From Gammaproteobacteria bacterium (GTDB lineage: Bacteria; Pseudomonadota; Gammaproteobacteria; GCA-001735895): DNA of 64,000 nt. Of this stretch, positions 52,369 through 63,529 are shown in pieces. Positions within the stretch are counted from its first letter, which is position 1. Every line of letters begins with the position of its first letter. Below the pieces are notes generated by a model. It saw nothing but the letters and a program-made list of their open reading frames with translations, was not told where the DNA came from and searched no databases. Location: NCBI GenBank assembly GCA_050298595.1, contig JBNKUM010000008.1, positions 193,303 to 257,302 on the forward strand, written 5' to 3'. The translations under genes and the position numbers were made by a program.

Positions 52369-53916
52369 ATGAGCAAAGATAGATTAATTATTTTCGACAC
52401 CACCTTACGCGATGGTGAACAAAGTCCCGGCGCCTCCATGACCGCTGAAGAAAAAGTGCGAATTGCAAAAGCGCTGGAGAAGATGCGAGTAGATATTATC
52501 GAAGCCGGGTTTCCAATCGCCAGCAATGGCGACTTTGAAGCGGTTAAAGCCGTAGCCACGGCGGTTAAGGACAGTACTATCTGTGGACTTGCACGCGCCA
52601 AAAAGATTGATATCGATCGTGCCGGTGAAGCGATCAAGCCTGCCAATTCAGGGCGTATCCATACCTTCATCGCCACTTCTCCCATTCATATGCAGCAGAA
52701 ACTTCGGCTCTCTCCTGACGAGGTGGTGGAACAGGCCGTTGCGGCCGTACGCATGGCACGCCAATACACCGATAATGTAGAGTTTTCACCGGAAGATGCG
52801 GGTCGCTCAGAGCCAGATTTCCTGTGTCGAATTATTGAAGCGGTGATCAAGGAGGGTGCAACTACCATCAATATCCCCGATACCGTGGGTTACAATATTC
52901 CGCATCAGTTTGGCGCTCTGATTAAGGAGCTCATCGAACGCATTCCGAACTCTGATAAAGCCATTTTTTCAGTGCATTGTCATAACGATCTGGGGCTGGC
53001 TGTTGCCAATTCACTGTCTTCAGTGCTCAACGGTGCCAGGCAGATAGAATGTACTATCAATGGACTGGGTGAACGTGCAGGCAACGCCTCGCTGGAAGAA
53101 GTCGTCATGGCGGTTCGTACACGTCAGGATGTTTTTGATTGTGATAGCAATATCGACACCACCCAGATCATGAATTGTTCACGCCTGGTCTCAGGTATTA
53201 CCGGGTTTACTGTGCAACCCAATAAAGCCATCGTTGGCGCTAATGCTTTTGCCCATGAATCAGGTATTCATCAGGATGGCGTTCTAAAATCTCGTGAAAC
53301 CTACGAAATCATGAAAGCACAGGATGTCGGCCTGTTAACCAATAAAATCGTGCTGGGTAAACACTCCGGTCGAAATGCTTTCAGAACCCGCATGGCAGAA
53401 TTGAATATCGAGTTTAGCTCAGAAGAAGAGCTCAATGAGGTATTCGCCAATTTCAAAACACTAGCCGATAAAAAGCACGAAATCTTTGACGAGGATTTAC
53501 AGGCACTGGTCACTGAAACGAATATCGAACTCACCAATGAAGCCATTAAACTGGTGAGCTTATCGGTGTGCAGTGAAACCGGTGAAACACCTAATGCCCG
53601 CATTACTCTGAATGTCGAAGGTGAGGAAAAAATGGCTACCTGCATAGGCAGTGGTCCTGTAGATGCTTCTTTTCAGGCCATAGAAAAAATCATTAATTCA
53701 GGCGTCGAACTGCAACTCTATTCGGTAAATAACATTACCACCGGAACGGATTCACAGGGTGAGGTAACCGTACGCGTTCAAAGAAATGGCAGCATCGTCA
53801 ATGGCCAGGGTGCTGATACAGATATCGTCATTGCTTCCGCCAAGGCTTATGTGAATGCGCTTAATAAAGTCATCGCGCGGGAAACTCGAACCCATCCACA
53901 ACGTGGTGATGTTTAA
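52369..53916 (+). CDS. leuA: 2-isopropylmalate synthase
   Basis: [34 protein letters not shown] and a C-terminal regulatory domain. Confidence 0.98.
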   Translation: MSKDRLIIFDTTLRDGEQSPGASMTAEEKVRIAKALEKMRVDIIEAGFPIASNGDFEAVKAVATAVKDSTICGLARAKKIDIDRAGEAIKPANSGRIHTFIATSPIHMQQKLRLSPDEVVEQAVAAVRMARQYTDNVEFSPEDAGRSEPDFLCRIIEAVIKEGATTINIPDTVGYNIPHQFGALIKELIERIPNSDKAIFSVHCHNDLGLAVANSLSSVLNGARQIECTINGLGERAGNASLEEVVMAVRTRQDVFDCDSNIDTTQIMNCSRLVSGITGFTVQPNKAIVGANAFAHESGIHQDGVLKSRETYEIMKAQDVGLLTNKIVLGKHSGRNAFRTRMAELNIEFSSEEELNEVFANFKTLADKKHEIFDEDLQALVTETNIELTNEAIKLVSLSVCSETGETPNARITLNVEGEEKMATCIGSGPVDASFQAIEKIINSGVELQLYSVNNITTGTDSQGEVTVRVQRNGSIVNGQGADTDIVIASAKAYVNALNKVIARETRTHPQRGDV

Positions 53917-53928
53917 GGTAGCTTAGCC

Positions 53929-54696
53929 ATGTTGACCGCTCGTCAGCAGCACTGCTTAAAGGGCCTGGGTATCACCCGATGGACTCAGCGCTCGTCCGCT
54001 AACCCTGTTCCGGACGAGTTGCCTGTTGACGAAGCACCCGTAGTTTCGCCCCCCCTGACTACAATTGAAGAGAACAGGCCTGCTCACTCTATCCCCTCTC
54101 CTGTCAGGGAGCTTTCGAAACAGGCATTTAGTCTGGACGACTGGAGTGCAATCGAAAATGCCATTCAAGCCTGTCAAAACTGTGCGCTCGCTCAAAGCTG
54201 TACCAGAAAGGTTCCCGGCAAGGGCAATCATCAGGCGGATATCCTGATTATTGGAGAAGCACCGGGGCATGATGAGGACTTACAGGGAAAACCTTTTGTA
54301 GGTCGCGCAGGGCAGCTACTCGATCGCATGTTACAGGCGATCGAAATCGATCCCCAGCAGGTATATATCACCAATATCCTGAAATGCCGGCCACCCAATA
54401 ACCGCGACCCGAATGCTGAAGAAACAAAATCCTGTTATCAATTTTTACAGGCACAGATCCAACAATTACAGCCTAAGGTTATTTTTGCAGTGGGACGTAT
54501 TTCAGCGCAGACGCTTTTGCAGGATCAAAGCCCTCTTGGTCGCCTGAGAAACAAACAATATACTCTGCCCGGCACTGATATCCCTATGCTGGTCACCTAC
54601 CATCCTGCCTACCTGTTACGTAACCCGGCTGAAAAGGCCAAGGTATGGCAAGACCTTAAATCTCTGAAACGATTGTTACTCTATGCGACAGATTGA
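53929..54696 (+). CDS. Family-4 (Fe-S) uracil-DNA glycosylase with an N-terminal Pol III psi-like peptide
   Basis: CQNCAL, IIGEAPG, GKPFVGRAG, NILKCRPPNNRDP, TYHPAYLLR; N-terminus TARQQHCLKGLGITRW. Confidence 0.9.
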   Translation: MLTARQQHCLKGLGITRWTQRSSANPVPDELPVDEAPVVSPPLTTIEENRPAHSIPSPVRELSKQAFSLDDWSAIENAIQACQNCALAQSCTRKVPGKGNHQADILIIGEAPGHDEDLQGKPFVGRAGQLLDRMLQAIEIDPQQVYITNILKCRPPNNRDPNAEETKSCYQFLQAQIQQLQPKVIFAVGRISAQTLLQDQSPLGRLRNKQYTLPGTDIPMLVTYHPAYLLRNPAEKAKVWQDLKSLKRLLLYATD

Positions 54697-55129
54697 ATTT
54701 CGCCCGATGCTGGCAACGGATATTGAGTCTGTTATGCTGGTAGAAAAAGGCGCCTACGAGTTCCCCTGGACCAAAGGCATTTTTGCCGACTGTCTACGTG
54801 TGGGCTATGACTGCATAGTAGCGACAGAAAATGAACAAATCATCGCGCATGCGGTACTCTCTGTTGCCGCTGATGAAAGTCACATCCTGAATCTATCCGT
54901 GGATAAGAGCCAGCAGGGAAAAGGCATTGGTAAACAGGTTCTTTACCACCTGATCGATATTGCACGGGTTAAAGCTGCCCAGGTCATATTGCTAGAAGCC
55001 CGTCAAAGTAACCATGCTGCTATCCATTTATATGAATCGGCAGGATTTAATGAAATTGGATGCAGAAAAGCTTATTATCCCGCACCAGGTGGCAAAGAGG
55101 ATGCTTTAATCTTTGCCCTACAATTGTAA
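54683..55129 (+). CDS. rimI: Ribosomal protein S18 alanine N-acetyltransferase
   Basis: [32 protein letters not shown]...EDA. Confidence 0.93.
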   Translation: MRQIEFRPMLATDIESVMLVEKGAYEFPWTKGIFADCLRVGYDCIVATENEQIIAHAVLSVAADESHILNLSVDKSQQGKGIGKQVLYHLIDIARVKAAQVILLEARQSNHAAIHLYESAGFNEIGCRKAYYPAPGGKEDALIFALQL

Positions 55130-55152
55130 GCAAGCCAGATAGCTCTAAACCA

Positions 55153-56742
55153 ATGAACAATACTCAGGAAATGCAACGTCGTCGCACCTTTGCGATCATC
55201 TCACATCCGGATGCCGGTAAGACCACGGTGACGGAAAAATTACTATTGTTCGGAAAAGCCATTCAGCTTGCCGGTACCGTGAAAGGACGTAAAGCGGCAC
55301 GCCATGCAACCTCTGACTGGATGGAGATGGAAAAAGAACGCGGCATTTCTATCTCCTCTTCCGTAATGCAATTTCCTTATAAAGGACGCATAGTGAATTT
55401 GCTTGATACACCCGGACATGAAGACTTTTCAGAAGATACCTACCGCACCCTGACGGCGGTCGATTCTGCATTGATGGTTATCGATTGTGCCAAGGGTGTT
55501 GAAGAACGCACCATTAAACTGATGGAAGTCTGCCGTCTGCGCGATACCCCTATCATCACCTTTATCAATAAACTCGATCGTGAAGGTCGCGACCCCATCG
55601 AGCTGTTAGATGAAGTTGAAGATATCCTGAAGATTAAATGCGCACCGATTACCTGGCCGATAGGTATGGGTAAAAGTTTAAAAGGGGTATTCCACCTGCA
55701 GAATGATTCGGTACATCTATTTTCAGCCAGTGATGCGGACAAAATCAGCTCTGGAGAGGTTATTCAAGGTATAGATAATCCACGCCTGGATGTAGTATTA
55801 GGATCTATGGCAGAAGATTTTCGTGAAGAACTGGAACTGGTACGTGGTGCATCAAATGAATTTGATATGCAAGCTTATCTAAAAGGTGAACTAACCCCAG
55901 TGTTTTTTGGCTCAGCAATTAATAACTTCGGTATGGCCGAGTTACTCGATGCATTTGTCGAATATGCACCGGCCCCACTGGCAAGACCGACTCAAACCCG
56001 CGAGATACAGCCTGACGAAGACAAGCTAACCGGTTTCGTTTTCAAGATACAGGCGAATATGGATAAGCAGCACAGAGACCGTATTGCTTTCATGCGCCTG
56101 TGCTCAGGAAAATATGAAAAAGGTATGAAGGTGCGGCATGTTCGCCTTGACCGCGACATGAAAATCCCGGATGCCGTGACCTTCATGGCAGAGGATCGAG
56201 GCCTTGTAGACGAAGCTTATACCGGTGATATTATCGGCATTCATAACCATGGCACTATCCGTATTGGGGATACCTTCACCCAGGGAGAAAACCTGGCGTT
56301 TACTGGAATACCTAACTTCGCTCCCGAGCTATTCAGACGCGCCCGCCTGAAAGACCCGCTTAAAATGAAGGCACTGCAAAAAGGTCTTTCTCAACTCTGT
56401 GAAGAAGGTGCTACCCAGCTTTACAAGCCTCTGAATAATAATGATCTGATTCTAGGTGCCGTGGGTGTATTGCAGTTTGAAGTCGTCGCCCAGAGGTTAA
56501 AAGACGAGTACAACGTGGAATGTCAGTTTGAAGCGGTCAACGTGAATACCGCACGCTGGGTGGAATGCAGTGATGAAAAGAAACTGAATGAGTTTAAAAG
56601 TAAGGCGAAAACTAACCTTGCGCTTGATCATGCTGGCGATCTTGCCTACATCGCCCCTTCTCGCGTCAACCTGCAAATGACTCAGGAGCGTTGGCCTGAA
56701 ATTAAATTCCTCGCCACCCGCGAACACGGCATTTACGACTGA
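55153..56742 (+). CDS. prfC: Peptide chain release factor 3
   Basis: [37 protein letters not shown]. Start placed at ATG 55153. Confidence 0.98.
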   Translation: MNNTQEMQRRRTFAIISHPDAGKTTVTEKLLLFGKAIQLAGTVKGRKAARHATSDWMEMEKERGISISSSVMQFPYKGRIVNLLDTPGHEDFSEDTYRTLTAVDSALMVIDCAKGVEERTIKLMEVCRLRDTPIITFINKLDREGRDPIELLDEVEDILKIKCAPITWPIGMGKSLKGVFHLQNDSVHLFSASDADKISSGEVIQGIDNPRLDVVLGSMAEDFREELELVRGASNEFDMQAYLKGELTPVFFGSAINNFGMAELLDAFVEYAPAPLARPTQTREIQPDEDKLTGFVFKIQANMDKQHRDRIAFMRLCSGKYEKGMKVRHVRLDRDMKIPDAVTFMAEDRGLVDEAYTGDIIGIHNHGTIRIGDTFTQGENLAFTGIPNFAPELFRRARLKDPLKMKALQKGLSQLCEEGATQLYKPLNNNDLILGAVGVLQFEVVAQRLKDEYNVECQFEAVNVNTARWVECSDEKKLNEFKSKAKTNLALDHAGDLAYIAPSRVNLQMTQERWPEIKFLATREHGIYD

Positions 56743-56748
56743 CCTCAG

Positions 56749-57747
56749 ATGTCGAGCCAATCCATAACAGATCGATATACATCATTATTCGAAGTAGTTA
56801 GTTGTGTGCTTGGTATATCGCTAACTTTCTCGCCGCTACCTGTGAAAGCGCAGGATTACCCTGGTTTACCCACACGCAGTCAAAACCCATTACTACAAAG
56901 CTATCTAATTCCCACCGTTCCTTTAAATGCACATGGCGGATGGTCATTTGCACACAATCTGTACATTACCAATACCTATCAGATTGACGACACTGATAAT
57001 GAATATCTGCTTATCGATGTAGAGAATACGCGCTATGATTTTCAGACTGCTTATCAATACAATCAATGGACCCTCGGCCTGACCCTGTCACTCATCAGCA
57101 ATCAAGGCGGCCAGCTGGATCAAGTAATTTATGGCTTCCACGACTTCTTAGGCTTTCCACAGGGTGGGCGAGATCAGGCTGACAATGATCAAATAAACCT
57201 GCTATACCAGAAAAATGGTATCGATATCATCAACAGCAATCACCCTTCTTCTGGCATTGCTGACATTCAGCTGAGCGCCTCCTATGCATTATCACCCAGC
57301 CAGTCGCTTTGGGTGGTATTAGAGCTACCCTCTTCTGAAAGCTCAGAATTTATCTCCAACCAGCAAACCGATGCTGCTGTGGCATACTCCAGCAGTCATA
57401 TAATGTCTGATAAATTCACTACCTACGGTACTTTAGGACTCAGTATTCTCGCTGACTCGGGTCTTTTCGAACACCAGTTAAACAATCAGATCCTGTTCGC
57501 TCAATTCGGCCTAAGCTATGCCTATAGCGAGCAGTATCACTTTCTGCTACAGACAGATTTTCATTCCAGTATGGTTAAAGACACCAATATTGAAGCCCTC
57601 GATCATTCATTACAGGGACAATTTGGATTACGATTACCCAAACTTTTTGATCATCATCAGCTGGATGTCTTTTTCTCTGAAGACATTCTGCCGGGCCATG
57701 CACCTGATATAACCTTCGCTTTAAGATTGTCATCGATATCATTTTAG
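56749..57747 (+). CDS. Putative outer-membrane beta-barrel protein (DUF3187-like)
   Basis: Signal peptide, RSQNPL, GG.LD..I.GFHDFLG.PQG.R, FSEDI...APDITF, C-terminal Phe. Confidence 0.65.
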   Translation: MSSQSITDRYTSLFEVVSCVLGISLTFSPLPVKAQDYPGLPTRSQNPLLQSYLIPTVPLNAHGGWSFAHNLYITNTYQIDDTDNEYLLIDVENTRYDFQTAYQYNQWTLGLTLSLISNQGGQLDQVIYGFHDFLGFPQGGRDQADNDQINLLYQKNGIDIINSNHPSSGIADIQLSASYALSPSQSLWVVLELPSSESSEFISNQQTDAAVAYSSSHIMSDKFTTYGTLGLSILADSGLFEHQLNNQILFAQFGLSYAYSEQYHFLLQTDFHSSMVKDTNIEALDHSLQGQFGLRLPKLFDHHQLDVFFSEDILPGHAPDITFALRLSSISF

Positions 57748-57801
57748 CTTTCAAATTTAGATAATTTATAGCATTGTGATAACACGTCTAACTCGAGAGC
57801 A

Positions 57802-60297
57802 TTGGCAAAAAAAGATCAAACCATGAATTTTCGCCAAAGATCACACCGTCTGCTACAAAAAATTCTATTCCTTTGGGTACGCGTAGAAGTCTTGCCACAA
57901 CCCATAGTCGCTGAAACCTTTGCAACATCACCTGTACTCTACGTGCTCGACAAACGCGAACTATCGGATATGCTGGTGCTGGAACGTGTGGCACGCACAG
58001 AAGGCCTGGCCGACCCGCTTCAGGCCATTGACTTACAGGGATATAAACACCACTCCATATATAGCATCGCCTCTCGTAACCCCGTTACGGACTGGGTAAT
58101 GCGACAGAAAAAAAACAGCCTGATGCTGGAAGAGTTAATCGCTGCTACCCAGGCAGATGAAAACCTGGACATTTGTATCGTTCCCGTATCCATATTCTGG
58201 GGTCGACCTATAGCCAAACAAAGACACTGGCTAACAATACTTTTTTCTGACACCTGGGAGGTAGCCAGTAAATTTCGCAAACTATTCACCATTTTGCTAC
58301 ATGGCAGGAATACCACACTGATATTTTCCGAACCTCAAAGTCTGCGTAGACTGTGTCAAACAACAGATGGATCTGCTACAGCCCTGAATGAAAAACTGGC
58401 TGAATCCCTTCACCGACAACGCGAAACGACCTTCGGACCGGAAATCTCACCACGCTATAAAGTCATCAATCAAATAGTTGAATCAGACTGCGTACAGGAA
58501 CTCATTAAAGATGAAGCCGTAATCTACAACCGCTCTATCAAACGCGTACAAAAAAAAGCAGCTAGCTACTGTCGTGAAATCATCTCAAATTCCACCCAGA
58601 TCTCTCAGGAATTAATGAAGCGTTTATTGCATGCTTTCTGGAATCGCTATTACTCTGGCACCAATATATTTGATATTGAAAGACTGAAGAAAACAGCACT
58701 CACTCACCAGCTTATCTATGTCCCCTGTCACCGCAGCCACGTTGATTATTTGTTGCTCTCTTACGTCATATTCAGACAGGGACTGGCACTTCCCTATATA
58801 GCGGCAGGCGATAATTTAAACATGCCGGTAATTGGTAAAATCCTCAAAGGTGGTGGCGCTTTTTTTATCCGTCGCAGCTTTAAGGATAATGCCCTGTACA
58901 GCGGCATACTCAATGAATACATACGCCAACTGGTCGCTATAGGTGCTCCGATAGAATATTTTATTGAAGGTGGCCGAAGCCGAACTGGGCGACTTTTAAA
59001 ACCTAAACTGGGTATGTTGTCCATGACAGTAGATGCCTGGATAAAAACTCAGAATCGGCCGCTGGCATTTATTCCTGTTTACATTGGATACGAGAAACTG
59101 ATTGAAGGTAAATCTTATATCGGTGAATTATTCGGAAAGAAAAAAAAGAAGGAATCCCTGTTCACTTCGATTCGATCTATCCTCAGTTTAAAAGGACAGT
59201 TCGGCAAGGTAACCACACGCTTTGGGCAACCGATAGAACTGGATAAGCTGCTAACTTCTTATAACCCTGACTGGCAGGAATATTCAAAGCAGGATGTTAA
59301 GCAGCAGGACTGGTTTCGCGCTGCCGTAGCGAGCCTGTCTCACCAGATCATGGTACAGATAAATCGGGCTTGCGTGATCAACCCGGTGAACCTTATTGCA
59401 ATGACCCTACTGGCTACACCAAGACAAAGTATCGACCAGTTCGACCTGCTTCAGCTTTGTGAGTTTTATCAACAACTGATTCAATCTCAGCCACATCTCG
59501 ACTCAATCATTATTCAGGACTCTGTCACCGAAGATGAATTAAAACGTATAGAAAAGCAGGAGCTGATCCATATTCACCCGCATAAACTAGGCAATATTAT
59601 TTACCTCAAACCCGAACATGCGGTGTTGATGAGTTACTATCGCAATAACAGTCTGCACACCTTAATCATTCCTTCGATTATTGCCTGCTGTTTTCTAAAT
59701 GCGCGCACCATCGATCAGAAGAAGCTATTAAATATTGTGCTTTATGTGTACCCATTTTTGTCTGCGGAGTTGCACCTGCCCTGGAGTACAGAACAGCTGG
59801 AAGAATTCATACCGCAAATAGTCGACTTCCTGGTGGACAAACAGGTTCTGGCTCGCGTTGAAAACAGACTCACAAGACCGGATAGAAACGATGCCCATTT
59901 TCTGATGCTAAGCCGACTGGCCCATATCGCTCAACCTGTACTAGAACGCTATTACATGACGTTTGTACTATTGTGGGAAAGCGGAGGAAACCCACTGAGT
60001 GAAAAAGAACTTGAGCAGCGTTGTCATCTGGTAGCACAAAAGATTTCCATGTTATACGGGATAAACTCGCCTGACTTTTTTGACCGACAGTTATTTGGAC
60101 ATTTCATCGATACGCTATTTGACCTTGAATATGTCGAGAAAGACAAAAATGGCCATCTGGTTTTTAATCAGTCATTCGACAAGGTGAATATCGACATCCG
60201 CATACTACTCAGCGTTGAAGTAAGAAGCACGATTCTTCAATTACTCAATAGCCGGCACTCACATGATGGTCAAAAATCAGATGAAGGTAATGCGTAA
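57802..60297 (+). CDS. plsB: Glycerol-3-phosphate 1-O-acyltransferase
   Basis: PCHRSHVDYLL, AAGDNL, GAFFIRRSF, YFIEGGRSRTG, YYRNN, PDFFD. Confidence 0.95.
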   Translation: MAKKDQTMNFRQRSHRLLQKILFLWVRVEVLPQPIVAETFATSPVLYVLDKRELSDMLVLERVARTEGLADPLQAIDLQGYKHHSIYSIASRNPVTDWVMRQKKNSLMLEELIAATQADENLDICIVPVSIFWGRPIAKQRHWLTILFSDTWEVASKFRKLFTILLHGRNTTLIFSEPQSLRRLCQTTDGSATALNEKLAESLHRQRETTFGPEISPRYKVINQIVESDCVQELIKDEAVIYNRSIKRVQKKAASYCREIISNSTQISQELMKRLLHAFWNRYYSGTNIFDIERLKKTALTHQLIYVPCHRSHVDYLLLSYVIFRQGLALPYIAAGDNLNMPVIGKILKGGGAFFIRRSFKDNALYSGILNEYIRQLVAIGAPIEYFIEGGRSRTGRLLKPKLGMLSMTVDAWIKTQNRPLAFIPVYIGYEKLIEGKSYIGELFGKKKKKESLFTSIRSILSLKGQFGKVTTRFGQPIELDKLLTSYNPDWQEYSKQDVKQQDWFRAAVASLSHQIMVQINRACVINPVNLIAMTLLATPRQSIDQFDLLQLCEFYQQLIQSQPHLDSIIIQDSVTEDELKRIEKQELIHIHPHKLGNIIYLKPEHAVLMSYYRNNSLHTLIIPSIIACCFLNARTIDQKKLLNIVLYVYPFLSAELHLPWSTEQLEEFIPQIVDFLVDKQVLARVENRLTRPDRNDAHFLMLSRLAHIAQPVLERYYMTFVLLWESGGNPLSEKELEQRCHLVAQKISMLYGINSPDFFDRQLFGHFIDTLFDLEYVEKDKNGHLVFNQSFDKVNIDIRILLSVEVRSTILQLLNSRHSHDGQKSDEGNA

Positions 60298-60314
60298 TTC
60301 CAGTTTTTTAATAA

Positions 60315-60719
60315 TTATTCCTTGCCACTAAAACTACGTAATTTTCGTCGCTCGCGCTTATTGGGTTTGTGGTCACTGATCGGTACCTGCAAACAGGCCA
60401 GCTTGCGTTGTTCACTTTCTTTCTCTCGTAGAGCAATGCTTTCTTCAGTTTCACGATACAGGGTTTGTGCTACAGAAGCAGGCCCCCTGCGTTGAGAAAG
60501 CTCTAGCACCACAACCGTCATTTTTTCAAATCCACGATGGATTTCAAACACATCATTTAGTTTCACGCTACGTGATGCTTTAATGCGTTGACTACCGAGA
60601 TGAACTTTGCCCCCATTAACCGCATCGCTAGCCAGAGCGCGTGTTTTAAAAAAACGTGCAGCCCACAACCATTTATCGACGCGGATCTTTTCGTTATCGC
60701 TGGAGTCCTTTTTTGCCAT
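60315..60719 (-). CDS. hslR: Ribosome-associated heat shock protein Hsp15
   Basis: RVDKWLWAARFFKTR, RRGPASVAQTLYRET, KPNKRERR. Confidence 0.95.
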   Translation of the reverse strand: MAKKDSSDNEKIRVDKWLWAARFFKTRALASDAVNGGKVHLGSQRIKASRSVKLNDVFEIHRGFEKMTVVVLELSQRRGPASVAQTLYRETEESIALREKESEQRKLACLQVPISDHKPNKRERRKLRSFSGKE

Positions 60720-60731
60720 TAGATAAAGACA

Positions 60732-61166
60732 CTAGGCATGACTTCTGGCCCAGACCAGTAAATCGTTTAAAGGCATAGCGCCAGCCTGGCGGATGATTTC
60801 CTTACCATTTTTATAGATGGCAAGCGTAGGGATAGACTGTATTCGTAAACGGCCAGCCAGATTTTGCTCTAGCTCGGTATTCACCTTTATCAACCTGAAC
60901 TGAGGTTCGAGTTGTTGCGCTGCCTGCATGAAAATGGGTGCCATCATTTTGCAGGGGCCACACCATGGCGCCCAGAAATCGACCAGTAAAGGTTGGTTGC
61001 TTTTAGTGACATAACGATTGAAACCTGCTTCATTTAATTCCAGCGGCGTACCACTCATAATCGGCTTTTTGCATTTTCCGCAAACAGGATAATCGCCTAA
61101 TCGTTCGGCTGGCACATTATTGATAGCACCGCAATGGGCACAGATTAAGTGGTTTTTTTCAGACAT
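60732..61166 (-). CDS. trxC: Thioredoxin 2 (Zn-finger thioredoxin)
   Basis: CAHC...CGKC, WAPWCGPC, IPTL; AGGAG SD before ATG 61166. Confidence 0.93.
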   Translation of the reverse strand: MSEKNHLICAHCGAINNVPAERLGDYPVCGKCKKPIMSGTPLELNEAGFNRYVTKSNQPLLVDFWAPWCGPCKMMAPIFMQAAQQLEPQFRLIKVNTELEQNLAGRLRIQSIPTLAIYKNGKEIIRQAGAMPLNDLLVWARSHA

Positions 61167-61200
61167 AATAAGCTCTCCTAAATTAACAGGAATAAGAGCA

Positions 61201-62427
61201 TTAAACCGTATGTAAAAGATTCCGCATCTCTTCAACCTGCTTATCGACCTTATCGATAAAGAAGTTCCCCTCTTCATCGAATTCAAGCAGATTTAGTTTC
61301 TTGATGATGGGCAGATCACTTAAATTCTCTACCGGAGATTCACCAAGCTTTTGCAAATAAATCAAGCGTGCTGCAATCACTACATCACAGTAGTCCGCTT
61401 TTTCACCTGTATCACGAGTCCAGTTTTTTACCTGCTCTACAATCTCTAAAAACTCAGGATCAAAATTCCACTCATTAAAAATCAGGGTGCTGACTGGTAT
61501 GTATAGATTTTCAATACTCTTACCCAACTGTTCAGTTGTTTGCATCATAGATGGGTGCCCGTCGATATATTTCAAGATGGGTATCAATCCAAGTTTCTGG
61601 ATCAGCCCACTGAGAAGAGCCTGTTCAGGGTCCAGATGGGGGGCCAGTTGCTGGGCAATCACAAAGGCAATCGAAGCGACTGCAGTACTTTCAAGATAAA
61701 TATTATGGATATAGTCCTTGATAATGCTGGTTCTAGCACTGAATAATTTTTTGACTGACAGGCTGAAACTTAAATGCTTTGTCGTTTCCAGCCCCAGGCG
61801 TCGAACCGCATCACGCACGGTTTTAATTTCACGCCAGGTGCCATACAAAGGACTATTTGCCACCTTAACCAGATGCGCACTAAGCACCGGATCAGTCTGC
61901 ACAATCTGAATAATTTCAGTGCTACCAACCCCAGGCGTATTAATCGCCTGACGTATCTTTAAAGCTGCTTCAGGTATGGCGGGCAATTCCAGCTTCTTAT
62001 GCATAAAGGCCTGTAAAAGGGTCTGGAATAATTCATTTTCAGACTCAGTCAGATCAATTTCAGAAGTCTGTACTGAAGCCGGCTTTGCCTGTGAATACAG
62101 GCCGTCAAATAGCGCTCTATCAACCTGTATAATGACACCATAACTGGTCAATACGGCGGAATCCTCATCCAGTGAGTCATTAAATAGAGGAGATAACGCC
62201 CTTTGCTCCCGATGTGTGAAGGTTTCGATCAAAAACCCACCAGATAACAAAGACACCTCACCCTCTAGCAGGTAGGTTATAAAGTTATCTTCGTGAGTAA
62301 CGAGCGTTCTTGGTTCCAATGATTTCTGCTCCGATTCCCTGTAAAGGTAGCGCTGATCATTTTCGTCCAGCTCGTTTAAGGGGATGAGCTTTTTCCATCT
62401 CGCAAAATGTTTAAGTTGATCAACCAT
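61201..62427 (-). CDS. HDOD-domain protein with an N-terminal cNMP-binding-like domain
   Basis: LELPAIPEAALKIR, DPVLSAHLVKVANSPLY, AVRRLG; N-terminal YLLEGEV segment. Confidence 0.8.
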   Translation of the reverse strand: MVDQLKHFARWKKLIPLNELDENDQRYLYRESEQKSLEPRTLVTHEDNFITYLLEGEVSLLSGGFLIETFTHREQRALSPLFNDSLDEDSAVLTSYGVIIQVDRALFDGLYSQAKPASVQTSEIDLTESENELFQTLLQAFMHKKLELPAIPEAALKIRQAINTPGVGSTEIIQIVQTDPVLSAHLVKVANSPLYGTWREIKTVRDAVRRLGLETTKHLSFSLSVKKLFSARTSIIKDYIHNIYLESTAVASIAFVIAQQLAPHLDPEQALLSGLIQKLGLIPILKYIDGHPSMMQTTEQLGKSIENLYIPVSTLIFNEWNFDPEFLEIVEQVKNWTRDTGEKADYCDVVIAARLIYLQKLGESPVENLSDLPIIKKLNLLEFDEEGNFFIDKVDKQVEEMRNLLHTV

Positions 62428-63439
62428 AATTTATTTTATTAATATATTTCATAACCCGATCAGCCATTGAAAACCCGCTCAGTACAGCACCTTCAATACG
62501 CGGTGCAGTACACCAGTCTCCACAGGCACCCATTGCAGCAGACTCATCAAACAGACAATCCTGATCGATGGGATTGATCGGTAATGCATGTTTCCAGCAG
62601 TGTACATTTGAGGATTGAGGTTTTTGCGCGGGAACATCAACGGCTTCAAAAAAGGCATCTAGCAGAGCATGCATGACCCGCCCCCGAAAGCTCGCCGCAT
62701 ATTGCAAAGACCACTCGGGTGAACAATGCATAACCCAACTTTCGGTCTGTGTTTGATTATCATCTTCTCCCTGATAGCGTGAAATCCATGAAAGCGGAGA
62801 ATCCCTTACAAAAGCTGCATCAAAAGGTAAACCTAAAGACCTGTTGAAGTCAAACATAGCACTCCAGCACACGGTCATATCGATCTGATTTGATAAATTT
62901 CTTATTAGTGGAACCGATTTGGCCAGTGCTGAAACCTGTTGTGCTGCAGATGCAATAATGACGATATCGAATAAACCCTGATAGCTGCCACGCCCATCAA
63001 ATAACCGCCACTGGCCATTATCCTGCTTTTCTACCTCAGTTATCGAAGTGGATAATTTAACATCGCTATTGTGAGCCAGGTTCTCCGCTATCGCCTGCAT
63101 AGTGGGATAACCGGAATAGCGCTGCGTATGGTCAGTCATATTGGTAATTTGTCCATTTTCCAGCTCAACTATCCATCCTTCATAATCACGTACCAGACCT
63201 GCTTGTTTCCAGGCTTCGACAATATTCAAAAATAATGGATTTGATATGGTGAAATATTGTCCACCACGATCATATCGGTTTTCACCAAGCTGGAACCGAC
63301 TGATTCGACCGCCTACAAAAACCGACTCTTCAAAAATCTGGACGCTTGCCAGACCTTTAAGAGCAGTAGCGCAGGTTAATCCTGCAAGACCTGCACCGAT
63401 AATTGCTAAACGTGGTTGATAAGAATTGCTTTCGGACAT
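62420..63439 (-). CDS. Renalase-like NAD(P)/FAD-dependent oxidoreductase
   Basis: IIGAGLAGL, GGR, D.GGQYFT, CGDWC..PRIEGAVLSG. Confidence 0.85.
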   Translation of the reverse strand: MSESNSYQPRLAIIGAGLAGLTCATALKGLASVQIFEESVFVGGRISRFQLGENRYDRGGQYFTISNPLFLNIVEAWKQAGLVRDYEGWIVELENGQITNMTDHTQRYSGYPTMQAIAENLAHNSDVKLSTSITEVEKQDNGQWRLFDGRGSYQGLFDIVIIASAAQQVSALAKSVPLIRNLSNQIDMTVCWSAMFDFNRSLGLPFDAAFVRDSPLSWISRYQGEDDNQTQTESWVMHCSPEWSLQYAASFRGRVMHALLDAFFEAVDVPAQKPQSSNVHCWKHALPINPIDQDCLFDESAAMGACGDWCTAPRIEGAVLSGFSMADRVMKYINKINYG

Positions 63440-63529
63440 AGGCTAACTTTTTAATTCGCTTAATAATTGTGAGTGTAGGCCCGAATCATACACATTCACG
63501 CGAAAGATGAACATTGATGCTTAAAGAAT

